This document shows positions 46,762-56,863 of a stretch of DNA of 64,000 bases, in pieces. Position 1 is the stretch's first letter; each line of letters opens with the position of its first letter. A model generated the notes under the pieces. The model saw only the letters and a program-made list of their open reading frames with translations. It was not told where the DNA came from and ran no database searches. Source of the DNA: Candidatus Hydrogenedentota bacterium (GTDB lineage: Bacteria > Hydrogenedentota > Hydrogenedentia > Hydrogenedentales > SLHB01); the NCBI GenBank assembly GCA_045863295.1, contig BTWA01000003.1, positions 64,001 to 128,000 of the forward strand, written 5' to 3'. The translations under genes and the position numbers were made by a program.

Positions 46762-49104
46762 CTAAAAATGACGTTGGGCGCCGTACCAGTTGCTTGCGCC
46801 ATGGTCGAGGTGCAATACGGGGACGCCGGCAATGCGTGTAACGGGTCCGTAGTGCGCGATCAACTCCTTGGCAAACTTCCAGTCGGCTCCTTCAAAATGT
46901 TGGAGTTCTTCGTATCGCACCTTTTGAAGGCATTCCCGGCGAAAACACTGACAGAAGCCGACCGGAATTCCGTCGGCCTCGTCCTGGCGGTATTCTCCGG
47001 GACCGTTGACCAGGTCGTTCCATTGATTGGACGGCTGAATTTCGCCGATGAGAATTCCAGCCGTCGCCTCGCGAGTCAACATTTTTCTCCCGTCGGGCGC
47101 TGCGAAATACGTCTCCGGGGGCAATTCTCCCAACGTCTTCATCCACAGTGTCGGGAGAATGATGTCGGCATCCATGATGAGAATCCATTCCCCGCGGGCC
47201 TGTGCCATGCATTCGTTGAGCATGAACCCTTTGGCCCGGGCATGATCCGGCGCGAATGGCACGCGGATCATTCGAAGTCCCGGATAGGCGGCTTCGATGG
47301 AGTCCATGACATCCGGCGTCGCATCAACGCCGGGCACGTGCGCAACGAGCACTTCAATGTCTTGTCGATCGACGCCTTGTTGACGTGCGACGCTGAGTAG
47401 GGACGCCTGTAATCGCCGGGCGTAGCGAGTGCTGACCACGACAACGGAGAATCGAGGCGTGTGTTGGAGAGTCTGTTGTGTTTCCTGCCATATCGCGACG
47501 CCTTGCGTGCCAACATTGCCGTCGATATTCCAGATGGCGATGCGCGGCTCGAGATTATTTCCCAGCCGTTCGGGCACGTAATATTTGCCGATGAATTCCG
47601 TAGGCACTTGCGGTACGCCATCGCGGAGAAGTACGTAGCGTCCATCGCTTTCGACGTGAATGGCAATTCGATGGGCGTAGGCGGTCATGGGACACATGAG
47701 TGTGGCGTGGCGTCCAAATTGGAAACCCACGTATTCAGCGATACCTCCTCCAACGGTGTAGGCCAGTGTGAACGGCGGCGCAAGCCGCGCAAGCGGCGTG
47801 CTGATTTTTTCCGAGACTGTAAAACTAAACCAGCCAACACTGCCCGGCCCCTGCCAGCTCCACTCGCCTTCCACCTTGTAGTCTTGCGAGCCGAATTCGC
47901 GGACCGGTTGCGTGTTCTGAAGGATGCTGTTCGCGCGGGCTGTCATTTCGTTGAGCTCCGAACGCCGAGACAGCCTATCCGCATCGAGCGCGTCCAGGCG
48001 ACGCTTGCGGGACTTTGAAAACGCGAACGGATCCATGGCCACGTCGCCGGGCAGCGCCTGCAGACGCAGATCGGGGTAGGAGCGCTGTAGATGGGCCGGC
48101 GCATGGTCGCAAATGCGTCGCAAGGCACAGGCGTTGCACGGAGGCGGGCAATGCTGTGTGTGACTGCCGGACCATTCACGCGCTTCGGAAGTCAAGGAGC
48201 CCGCGAGCGGTTGCGGCGTAGGGGCTTTGCTGTGATGGCGCGTAAGTTTATGTAGTGCCCAAAGTCGAGCTTTGGCCCATGGATAGTCCATTAACCATGG
48301 CAACAATTTGCGGTCGATCGGGTTGTCGTATGCGGTGTGCCTTCCCAGAAGCATGGACAGTGCTGAACCAGCGATGGCCGGCGACATACGGGTAATCTTT
48401 TGGGCGAGCAGGTAGGACTCGCGCACATAAAACTGATGGTCCGAATAGAACTGCGCGTCGTTGACTATGAATTGCCGGACATCCTCCGGCACAACACAGA
48501 AGGGCCAACCGATGAGGTTTGCTTCCATGCCGTGTTGCGTTGCGGCGCGGGCGAGCGCAGCGGCCCGATCCAACGTGACGCTGGTGGCCATGGCATTTCG
48601 CGCGCGGCCGGGCGACACAAAGGGATCGGTGGCGGCGATGTGCACGGTCTGTACGCCTGCAACCGCCCACCCTGCGGCGGCGGATTCCGGATCCCACTCG
48701 ATGGCGAGAGGACCGGTAATCTGAATACGAATCGGCAATCCGGCCAAGTGCGCCGCCTCAAGCCACCGGTTGACATGTTCGCCACGGATTACGGAGGGTG
48801 CCAGTAGAATGTCCAGGAGTCCAAGGGACTCCAAGATTGTGGGATCGGGCGGAGGCATAGCGGCGGCGGTGCGAAGGGACAGGCGCGCATCCATTTCCCT
48901 GGCCACATCCGCCGCGTATCGGGCCGCTTCCGAGTCAAAGGAATTCGAAATCAGATCGAGTTTGGCGGTCTTGTAGGCGACGCGGTTGAGGCGAATCCAC
49001 CGGGCGATATCGACGAATCGGAAGGGTTTTCCCTTTTGATTGTGCAGGCAGATCAGTCCGCGAGTTGGCGGAAGCGACGTATCGAGGTACGTGACGTCCT
49101 GCAT
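46762..49104 (-). CDS. Fusion of a degenerate radical-SAM-like/Cys-cluster domain and a C-terminal GT2 glycosyltransferase (paralogue B)
   Basis: PFC and CNACALRRIC motifs; GT2 motifs FSVVVV, ARGEWILIMDAD and HLDH; TGATG coupling to the upstream paralogue. Confidence 0.75.
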   Translation of the reverse strand: MQDVTYLDTSLPPTRGLICLHNQKGKPFRFVDIARWIRLNRVAYKTAKLDLISNSFDSEAARYAADVAREMDARLSLRTAAAMPPPDPTILESLGLLDILLAPSVIRGEHVNRWLEAAHLAGLPIRIQITGPLAIEWDPESAAAGWAVAGVQTVHIAATDPFVSPGRARNAMATSVTLDRAAALARAATQHGMEANLIGWPFCVVPEDVRQFIVNDAQFYSDHQFYVRESYLLAQKITRMSPAIAGSALSMLLGRHTAYDNPIDRKLLPWLMDYPWAKARLWALHKLTRHHSKAPTPQPLAGSLTSEAREWSGSHTQHCPPPCNACALRRICDHAPAHLQRSYPDLRLQALPGDVAMDPFAFSKSRKRRLDALDADRLSRRSELNEMTARANSILQNTQPVREFGSQDYKVEGEWSWQGPGSVGWFSFTVSEKISTPLARLAPPFTLAYTVGGGIAEYVGFQFGRHATLMCPMTAYAHRIAIHVESDGRYVLLRDGVPQVPTEFIGKYYVPERLGNNLEPRIAIWNIDGNVGTQGVAIWQETQQTLQHTPRFSVVVVSTRYARRLQASLLSVARQQGVDRQDIEVLVAHVPGVDATPDVMDSIEAAYPGLRMIRVPFAPDHARAKGFMLNECMAQARGEWILIMDADIILPTLWMKTLGELPPETYFAAPDGRKMLTREATAGILIGEIQPSNQWNDLVNGPGEYRQDEADGIPVGFCQCFRRECLQKVRYEELQHFEGADWKFAKELIAHYGPVTRIAGVPVLHLDHGASNWYGAQRHF

Positions 49105-51461
49105 CAGAAATGCTTCGTCGTGCCGTACCACTGGCTGCCGCCGTGGTCGAGGTGCAATACGGGAAGACCGCTCAACCGGACTTCCTTTCCGTATTTATCC
49201 TGGAGGGCCATTCCGAACCACATGTCGGCTCCCTCAAAATGGTCGAGCTCATGGTATTTCACTTTGCGCATGAACTCGGTGCGGAAGCATTGAAAGAAGC
49301 CTACGGGAACGCCTTTCGCTTCGCGGTAGCGGTATTCACTCGCTGTCTTCAAGAGGCGGTCCCATTCATCCCAGGGTTGAATCTCGCCGAGCAATATCTT
49401 GGCAGTATCTTCTTTGCTGAGCATCTTCCGACCGTCAGCGGCAATGAAATTGCAGTTTGCGGATTCTTCCTCCACTCTGGCGAACATATCGGGTGACAGC
49501 ACGATGTCGGCATCCATGAGGACGGTCCATTCGCCGGAAGCCATGTTGACGCCTTCGTTGATCATGAATCCCTTGGCATTGGCGTTTTGCGCGGGAAACG
49601 GTGCGCGGAGAATGCGCAATTCCGGAAACGAGTTGTGCATGCTGTCGATAAGATCGTCGGTAGCGTCGAGTCCGGGAATGTAGCAGACGATGACCTCGAG
49701 CTTGCGGAGATCGAAGTTGCGCTGATGGGCAAGGCTTCGAAGCATGGCCTGCAATCGCCGGGCATAGCGGGAGTTCACGACGACGACCGAGTACTTTACC
49801 TGGTTGGCGTCCCCGGCAAGCGACTTTTCGCCTCGCCAGATTTTCACAAATTGCGTCACGATGTGCGTGTCGATGTTCCAGATGGAAATGCGCGGATTGA
49901 GCACGGTCGGCAATCGCACCGGTGCGTAGTGCAGCCCTTCGAATTCGACCGGGCTCACGGCTTTTCCATCGCGGAGCAACACGTAGTGTCCGTCACGCTC
50001 CACGTGGAGCGTCAATGTGTGCCGGTATCCTTCCATGGGACAAACCACCTTGATGTGCCGCCCGAAACTGAATCCGATGTAATCGGCGATGCCGCCGCCA
50101 AAGCCGACAGAAATGGTGCACGGCGGCTCGATCTGGGGCAGTGCGGTGCTCACCTTCTCCCCGGCGGCAAGGGAATGCCAGCGCACTCCTCCTTCCATGG
50201 GTTCGAACGGCGCGGCCTCCACGCCGTATTCATAGGGCATGAGTTGCTGATCGGGCTTTACGTTCTCCACGATTTCGTTGGCGTGATGAACAAGCTTCCG
50301 ATGCGCGTCTGTGGTGGAGCGGCGCGGGCGATCGATTGCATCGTAGTGCTTGGGCTGGTGCGCACAAAAGTGCATGGCCGATACCACCAATTCGCCCTCT
50401 TGCTTCTTTGGGTTGAGTCCGGGCAGCGCTTCCGCGACGGCGGGTGTCACGCGATCGCAGATTCGGCGCAGGCTGCACTCTCCGCACTCGGGCCCCATGC
50501 GCTTGAGGTCGTCCGCACGGATTTGTTCCAGCCGCTTTCGCACGTCTGCGTTGGTTTCGTCGGCGGCGCGGGCTCGGCCACGGAGCCGGTGGAGATGGCG
50601 GGTCAGTTTGTGCCAGCCGACCATCCAAGGCATGAGGAAGCGGGAGTGCATCAACAGGCGCAGCAGGACGGCGTCGACAAACGTGCGCTGGAACGTGGCG
50701 CGAGCGGTCATGATCAGCAGGATCTTGCCGACGGCGGAATACGGGTTGCGGTAGAGCGTCTGCGCGAGTTCGTAGGCTCCCTTCCGGTATTGCTGGTGGT
50801 CAAGAAAAAACTGAGGGCTATTGACCGCGTGCGGCCAGTTTTCGTTCGACACGTGGCAAAAGGGAAGAAAGGTGAGGTTGACTTCGATTTCCCTGGCGGC
50901 CAGATTCCGGACAAGCGCGTTCATCCGGTCCAAGGTGTGCGCGGTATCCCGGGAATTGGAGGAATGCATTTTGTGAATAAACGGATCGTACGTCGCGATA
51001 TTCACGGAAACTGGGGAGTACAAAGCGATCTCCGCGGCGATGGACTCTGCGTCCAGGGATGCACAAAAAGGCGCGTGTAATTGCAGTCGCAACGGCACGT
51101 CGGCATCGCGGCAAGCCTTTGCCCACGACTCCGCGTTCTTGCAGGGCCATTCCGGGAGCGTCAAAAAAACGTCGAGCAGGCCGGCTTGCTTCAGGGACAG
51201 CAATGGCACGCCCGGAAATTCCCCTTCGCACCGGATGGACAAACGCACGCCCATTTCCTCGGCGTCTCGTAGCAGACCGTTCATTCGGTCGATGGTGTGT
51301 ACATTGACCAGCACATCGACTTTCTCCGCATTGAACACGATACGATTGAGGCGCAGCCAGCGCTTCACATCGATCGCGGAAAAAGCCGATCCTCGGTGGT
51401 TTTGCAGGACGACTAACCCGCGCACAGGGGCAATTCGCTGTTCGTCGACTATCAGGGACAC
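49104..51461 (-). CDS. Fusion of a degenerate radical-SAM-like/Cys-cluster domain and a C-terminal GT2 glycosyltransferase (paralogue A)
   Basis: LKQAGLLDVFLTL, LPFC and CGECSLRRIC motifs; GT2 motifs YSVVVV, ASGEWTVLMDAD and HLDH. Confidence 0.75.
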   Translation of the reverse strand: MSLIVDEQRIAPVRGLVVLQNHRGSAFSAIDVKRWLRLNRIVFNAEKVDVLVNVHTIDRMNGLLRDAEEMGVRLSIRCEGEFPGVPLLSLKQAGLLDVFLTLPEWPCKNAESWAKACRDADVPLRLQLHAPFCASLDAESIAAEIALYSPVSVNIATYDPFIHKMHSSNSRDTAHTLDRMNALVRNLAAREIEVNLTFLPFCHVSNENWPHAVNSPQFFLDHQQYRKGAYELAQTLYRNPYSAVGKILLIMTARATFQRTFVDAVLLRLLMHSRFLMPWMVGWHKLTRHLHRLRGRARAADETNADVRKRLEQIRADDLKRMGPECGECSLRRICDRVTPAVAEALPGLNPKKQEGELVVSAMHFCAHQPKHYDAIDRPRRSTTDAHRKLVHHANEIVENVKPDQQLMPYEYGVEAAPFEPMEGGVRWHSLAAGEKVSTALPQIEPPCTISVGFGGGIADYIGFSFGRHIKVVCPMEGYRHTLTLHVERDGHYVLLRDGKAVSPVEFEGLHYAPVRLPTVLNPRISIWNIDTHIVTQFVKIWRGEKSLAGDANQVKYSVVVVNSRYARRLQAMLRSLAHQRNFDLRKLEVIVCYIPGLDATDDLIDSMHNSFPELRILRAPFPAQNANAKGFMINEGVNMASGEWTVLMDADIVLSPDMFARVEEESANCNFIAADGRKMLSKEDTAKILLGEIQPWDEWDRLLKTASEYRYREAKGVPVGFFQCFRTEFMRKVKYHELDHFEGADMWFGMALQDKYGKEVRLSGLPVLHLDHGGSQWYGTTKHF

Positions 51462-51674
51462 GATATCGTAATCCGATCCGGCAGTTTTTGTTTTGAGAGC
51501 TCACGCGCACGAGGCGCAGCCAGTCGGGCAATGATAGTCGCACCGGGGAAAAGTGTCAAAAGTTTACCTGTTCTATGGTAGAGTTTTCGCGTTGAACGGC
51601 ATGTACAGGGGTCTTAGACTTGAAGTTACACAATGCGTGCGCGTTCTTCTCGCGATTGATGGGGTTGAAAGCCG

Positions 51675-52304
51675 ATGAAGCTTGCGGTTGCCTTATCCAT
51701 ATTGTTCATGGCGTTTGTAGCCGTTGCTTTCGACGCCTCGGCCCACGAGGAACTGGAGCGGTATATCCAGCAACGAGTGATGGCGGAGGTCTCGCGCGAG
51801 AACATTGACTTTACGTTGGAGATCTTGTTCACGAGTCCCGCTTCCGTGAGGGAGCGTAAGCGTATCGACGCGAATCATGATGGCGCTTTGGACAAGGCGG
51901 AGCGCAAGGCGTATCTGGAAAGCGCGCTGACGAAGTTGGAATCCGATGTTCGTTTTCAAATTGACATGGAGGCCGTGAACATTGTTCCTCTGGGGGAACC
52001 AGAACTGGATCTGCTGGATTCAAAGGATATGGAGGCGCACCCGCATGTGTTGCGGTTTCGATTTTTTGCGCGCACGCCGGGGTCGTTTCGGGGGGGCAGC
52101 GTGTTGCAGTTGGATTCGCGGTTGTTTGTGGACGAGCCGTGTTTGGTGTCTGTGTCCGTGCAGGGCAAAGGCGGCATTCAGATGAGCGTATCGCCGACGG
52201 AGGGACTCAAACGGGCGGCCGAGGATGAAGAGGGCATTTGCCTTCTCAAGGCGACTTGCCGGTACATTCGTTTGACAAAAAGCACTTCGGGGGAAGAGCC
52301 ATGA
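51675..52304 (+). CDS. Exported hypothetical protein with an EF-hand-like loop
   Basis: Signal peptide ending ASA-H; DANHDGALDKAE loop. Confidence 0.6.
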   Translation: MKLAVALSILFMAFVAVAFDASAHEELERYIQQRVMAEVSRENIDFTLEILFTSPASVRERKRIDANHDGALDKAERKAYLESALTKLESDVRFQIDMEAVNIVPLGEPELDLLDSKDMEAHPHVLRFRFFARTPGSFRGGSVLQLDSRLFVDEPCLVSVSVQGKGGIQMSVSPTEGLKRAAEDEEGICLLKATCRYIRLTKSTSGEEP

Positions 52305-54448
52305 AGCAATTTCTGATCGTGACGTTGTTCGCATTCGCCGTGGCGCACGGCCAGGAAATGGAGGCGCTACCGGGCGCTCCGGAGATGGCGGGCGCGCTTG
52401 TGAAACAGCATGGGTATCTGTTTGGCGCCCCGGTATCGGCGGAGGCGGATGCCTCGAATCGGGATTGGCAAGAAATACAGCAGGCGTCGCGCCGAGCGAC
52501 CAGCGAAGAACAGAAGGCCGAAGTGGCGACACGGCGGGCCGCCGCGGCGGATGCGCTCGTGAAGTTGCTGGAGTCGTGTCCGGAAAAGTATGACTTGGCA
52601 TTCACGGGGATGGAGACGACATTGCCGCCGCTGGCGCCGGCACGGTTTCCGGGCGACTCCGCCGCATTCCTGTTTCGCGTGGCAACGGGCGATGGACCCG
52701 CTCGGTGTCTTGTGTTGGACTTCGATCTTTCGGAGCATTCCCATCTCCCGCAATTTCCGGTGGAAGTGGCGCCCGGTTGCACAACGTGGGTACTGGTTTC
52801 GTTGCGGCGGTTGCCGCAATTGACGACGCACTGGTCGTTCGAATTTCGCGTTGCGGGCCTTCCCACGACCTCACTTCCACTAACCCTGAAGGCATCGGAT
52901 CACGGCACGCTGAAACTGTCGGTACTCTCGGATGACGATGGCAAGGTTTCCCCCGCCATGATTCGATTGACCTGGAAGACCGATGGCAGCGATGTGCGTC
53001 CGGGCGGGGCATTGGATTTCAGTCCGCAGTTCGACAAACAGGGGAACCATACCGGCGCGCGGCGCGCGAACCTGCCGGGCAAGCTCGCGGGAGCGTATTG
53101 GTGCATACCGGGCGCCATTTCCATGTCGGTCGCGCCGGGCGAATACGACGTAGTGGTCCTTCGCGGGGTTGAGCACGTGGCGGTATACGACACGGTGACC
53201 GTGCCAGAGGGAGGCATGGCCGAGCGGACGTACCGGCCCCGGCGCTGGGTGAATATGCCGAAGGCGGGGTGGTACTCCGGCGACGACCATGTGCACTCGC
53301 AGATCTTGAGCGATGCGGATGCGGACGCGACCATGACCTGGATACAGGCTGAAGATGTGCATCTGGCCAATGTGGTCAAGATGGGCGATATCAACCGGAC
53401 GTGGTTCGAGCAGCGGGGCTTCGGCAAGAACTACAGGGTAATCGACGGCGACTATATTCTCTCGCCGGGGCAGGAGTGTCCACGCACGCATAACGAATTG
53501 GGCCACACGCTGGCGATGAACATCAAGAACATGATCCGGGACACGGATCGCTATTATTTGTACGACACGGTTTTCGACGAAGTGCACCGGCAAGGGGGAT
53601 TATCGGGCTATGCCCATGTGAACGCGGGGCTGTTTCACGTGCATCGCGACATGAGCATGAACATTCCCAAGGAAAAGATCGATTTTGTGGAGTTGCTCCA
53701 ATTCGCGGACATGAGCACGGATCTCTACTACGAGTTCCTGAATACCGGGTTTCCGGTCACCGCGTCGGCGGGGAGCGATGTGCCGTGGGGCGGGACTGTG
53801 GGCGAAGTACGGGTATTTGCCTACGTGGGCAAGAAGCGGTTTACCGCGGATCGCTGGTTTGAGGCAGTGCGGCGGGGAAATACGTTTGTGACCAACGGCA
53901 TCATGCTGGATTTTACCGTGGATGGCGCGTTGCCCGGAGACACGCTGAAGGTCGGCAATGGGGATTCGGTGCGCGTGAAGGCCCGCGCGTGGGGCGATCC
54001 GGAACGGGATGTGCCTTCCAAGCTGGATGTGATGGTGCATGGCGCGGCGGTGAAGACGGTCGAATCCAGCGATCCGAGACAGGCTGAACTCGCGATCGAA
54101 TTCGAATTGCCCGCCGCGAACGGGTTCTGGATTGCAGCGCGCGCGGAAGGCGCGGACGGGTCCCGCGCACACACGACGCCGGTATATGTGATCCGGGACG
54201 GTCTGCGGTTCTGGAAATATGATGCGCTGGATGAGTTGATCGCCAAGCGCGAAGCGAGCCTCGCGGAAATAGAGCAGATCGTGGCCGAGGCGACGCAGGG
54301 GAACAGTCCGCGGATTCCCATGGGGCCGCGTCCGGCGGAGTTGCTGGCGCAACAAGGTCCGGCGTTGCTGGAAAGAGTGGAAGCGGCCAAGGCTATCTAT
54401 GCGGAGCTGCGCGCAGCAAAGGAGGCCGAGGCGGCGTTACGGGAGTGA
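52301..54448 (+). CDS. CehA/McbA-family (PHP-like) metallohydrolase, exported
   Basis: ATGA overlap; GWYSGDDHVH, YAH, YYEFLNTG...SAGSD and GNTFVTNG motifs. Confidence 0.75.
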   Translation: MKQFLIVTLFAFAVAHGQEMEALPGAPEMAGALVKQHGYLFGAPVSAEADASNRDWQEIQQASRRATSEEQKAEVATRRAAAADALVKLLESCPEKYDLAFTGMETTLPPLAPARFPGDSAAFLFRVATGDGPARCLVLDFDLSEHSHLPQFPVEVAPGCTTWVLVSLRRLPQLTTHWSFEFRVAGLPTTSLPLTLKASDHGTLKLSVLSDDDGKVSPAMIRLTWKTDGSDVRPGGALDFSPQFDKQGNHTGARRANLPGKLAGAYWCIPGAISMSVAPGEYDVVVLRGVEHVAVYDTVTVPEGGMAERTYRPRRWVNMPKAGWYSGDDHVHSQILSDADADATMTWIQAEDVHLANVVKMGDINRTWFEQRGFGKNYRVIDGDYILSPGQECPRTHNELGHTLAMNIKNMIRDTDRYYLYDTVFDEVHRQGGLSGYAHVNAGLFHVHRDMSMNIPKEKIDFVELLQFADMSTDLYYEFLNTGFPVTASAGSDVPWGGTVGEVRVFAYVGKKRFTADRWFEAVRRGNTFVTNGIMLDFTVDGALPGDTLKVGNGDSVRVKARAWGDPERDVPSKLDVMVHGAAVKTVESSDPRQAELAIEFELPAANGFWIAARAEGADGSRAHTTPVYVIRDGLRFWKYDALDELIAKREASLAEIEQIVAEATQGNSPRIPMGPRPAELLAQQGPALLERVEAAKAIYAELRAAKEAEAALRE

Positions 54449-54489
54449 GGCGGCGGGAGTGCGGGCCGGAAATCTGTGATGCTTTGGTC

Positions 54490-54539
54490 CACGGGCTTGT
54501 GGCCCGTGACTATTCCCATTTTGTCCCCATTCGGGGACA
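54490..54539. repeat. REP-like double hairpin between convergent genes
   Basis: CACGGGC-ttgtg-GCCCGTG and TGTCCCC-attc-GGGGACA. Confidence 0.5.
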
Positions 54540-54597
54540 TGGCGCGCACTGAATTTCGGGGCGTACACAACTTCTAGAATGGCATGTTCGCATGGCA

Positions 54598-55890
54598 TTA
54601 CGACAAGCCCAGTTCCGCGGCGAGATCGAGCACGGTGAATCGATTGCGAATGTAGCGGGCGCGGGAGAGCGCGTTCTGGTATTCGTTCAATGGCATGGCG
54701 GTATCTTCGGGGGTAACGGGACCGCCCGCGTCGCGGATGGCCTGTTCGACGAGGGTGGAAGACAACAGGTCGCGCGACACGCTTTCACGAATGGCGGCAT
54801 GGCTTGAAGCAAACCTAGCGATTTCGATTTCGATGTCTTCCGTAGACCGCGCTTTTTCGCTCCATTGTTTGATGACTTCCTGGCCGACGGCTTCGCCCCA
54901 GTCGTCGAACGCCCATTGCTTGACTTGGTCCATGGACGGCTGGCTGGCGGCGAGGGTCTTGGCGTCGAGCGATGCAGGATCGAGTTCGCAAATGCGCTCC
55001 CAGAGCCGCAGGCAATGCAGCGTCGCCACGCCCACCTGCACGCCGTGGAGATCGTGCGTGGACCCGTAGAGCGCGGACTTCATGTCGATGTAGTGCGAAA
55101 TGAGGTGTTCGCCGCCTGACGCGGGCGCCGACGAACCGGCCACCAGCATCGACAGGCCGGAGAGGATAAGCGCCTCGAGCAACACGCCGATGGCCTGCGC
55201 GTCGCCTTGGCCGATGGCGGCGGCCGAGTCCAGCGTCTCTTGCAGGATGCCCTCGTAGAATTGCAGCGCTTTCTCGTCGTAGTACTCGTCGCGCAGCATG
55301 TGGGCGGTGCGCCAATCGGCGCCCGCGGAACATTTGGAGAGATAATCGGCGAGTCCGGAGGCGGCCATGCGGGGCGGCGCTTTGCAAACGATATCCGGAT
55401 CGGCAAAGACGGCGAGGGCGGGTGTGCAGGGTATGGTGCGCTTGAGGCCGCGCAGCTTCACGGCGGTGATGCCGGAGGTATAGCCGTTCATGGAGGCGGC
55501 GGTGGCAAACAGCACGACCGGCTTTTTGAGGTCGCTGCCGGCCTGTTTGGCGAGATCGCACACAGTACCGGATCCCACGCCGACGATGGCGTCCACGGAA
55601 TCGCATGCTTTCGCAAGATCCTTCGCACGTTCCATGGTGGCATCGAGATGGGGGTCGTCGAAAGAGAATTCCTGTATTTGGACCCCCGCGGCGTTTAATG
55701 CAAGCAATACGGGATCCATTGCCGCGAGCCGGGTGTGCGGATCGGATACGGCCATGACGCGCGGCAGGCCTTTATCTCGAATGAACTTGCCCATTTCCGG
55801 GGCGGCATCGGGGCCGATGTGGCACTTGGCGATGGGAAACAGACCTGAACGATCGTAGGCGAGTTTCAATAAACTGCCGACTTCATACAT
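54598..55890 (-). CDS. sn-glycerol-1-phosphate dehydrogenase (AraM/EgsA-like)
   Basis: GVGSGTVCD..K, TAASMNGYTS, PASGGEHLISH and HG.QVG motifs. Confidence 0.8.
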   Translation of the reverse strand: MYEVGSLLKLAYDRSGLFPIAKCHIGPDAAPEMGKFIRDKGLPRVMAVSDPHTRLAAMDPVLLALNAAGVQIQEFSFDDPHLDATMERAKDLAKACDSVDAIVGVGSGTVCDLAKQAGSDLKKPVVLFATAASMNGYTSGITAVKLRGLKRTIPCTPALAVFADPDIVCKAPPRMAASGLADYLSKCSAGADWRTAHMLRDEYYDEKALQFYEGILQETLDSAAAIGQGDAQAIGVLLEALILSGLSMLVAGSSAPASGGEHLISHYIDMKSALYGSTHDLHGVQVGVATLHCLRLWERICELDPASLDAKTLAASQPSMDQVKQWAFDDWGEAVGQEVIKQWSEKARSTEDIEIEIARFASSHAAIRESVSRDLLSSTLVEQAIRDAGGPVTPEDTAMPLNEYQNALSRARYIRNRFTVLDLAAELGLS

Positions 55891-56065
55891 GCGGGTGGCT
55901 CCGGTAGTCAGGTTTGCGAGAACGCCCAATGGCGGACCATCCTAAGCCAGCAGGGGCGCGGGGAACAAAATCCGGTTTGCCGTGTCCTTGCGGCGTTGTG
56001 TTGCGCCCGGTACCATAGTGTCTTGGCGGCTGCAACGTGACGTAGAAAAATCAAAGGATGAGTCC

Positions 56066-56860
56066 ATGCCCATTACCCAACTTTCCAGCGAACAGTTGGC
56101 GCAATACCAGCGCGACGGTTACCTCTTGATCGAGGGGCATTTCGATCGCGACGAGACCGAATTGTTGCTCAACATTGCCAAGGCCGACAAGGCCTTGATC
56201 GACGGCGCGACGGGCAAGAAGGACACGTCGGGCAACATCACGAAATTGACGTTGCGCAACGCCCTTTTTGACGACACGTACAGCGCTATAGTGCGGTCGG
56301 AGCGTGTTGTGAACATCATGGAACAGCTACTCGGCGGCGAAGTCTATCATTATCACCATAAGATGATGCTGAAGGAGCCGCGTGTGGGCGGGGCGTGGGA
56401 ATGGCATCAGGATTACGGGTATTGGTACGACAACGGATGCCTGTTTCCGTACATGGCGAGTTGCATGATCGCGGTGGATCGGGCCAACAAGGAGAACGGT
56501 TGCCTGCAAGTAATTCGCGGGTCGCACCAGATGGGACGCGTGAATCACATGCGCATCGCAGAGCAGACCGGCGCGGATCCCGAGCGCGTGGAGCAGGCGC
56601 TCAAACGGATGGAACTTGTTTATTGCGAGATGGAGCCGGGCACAGCGCTTTTCTTTGACGGCAATTTGCTGCACCGTTCCGACATGAATGCGAGCGAGCA
56701 TTCGCGCTGGTCGTTGATCTGTTGTTACAACGCGGCACGGAACGACCCATACAAGAAGCACCACCACCCCAATTATTCCTACTTGGAGAAGTGGCCGGAT
56801 AGCCGCGTGAAGGAAAAGGCGCTGCAGGAGTGGTCGGCCATGCAGGCCGCGACGGCCTGA
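56066..56860 (+). CDS. Phytanoyl-CoA dioxygenase (PhyH/EctD-like) 2OG-Fe(II) dioxygenase
   Basis: [20 protein letters not shown] and LLHRS.....R motifs. Confidence 0.85.
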   Translation: MPITQLSSEQLAQYQRDGYLLIEGHFDRDETELLLNIAKADKALIDGATGKKDTSGNITKLTLRNALFDDTYSAIVRSERVVNIMEQLLGGEVYHYHHKMMLKEPRVGGAWEWHQDYGYWYDNGCLFPYMASCMIAVDRANKENGCLQVIRGSHQMGRVNHMRIAEQTGADPERVEQALKRMELVYCEMEPGTALFFDGNLLHRSDMNASEHSRWSLICCYNAARNDPYKKHHHPNYSYLEKWPDSRVKEKALQEWSAMQAATA

Positions 56861-56863
56861 CGT

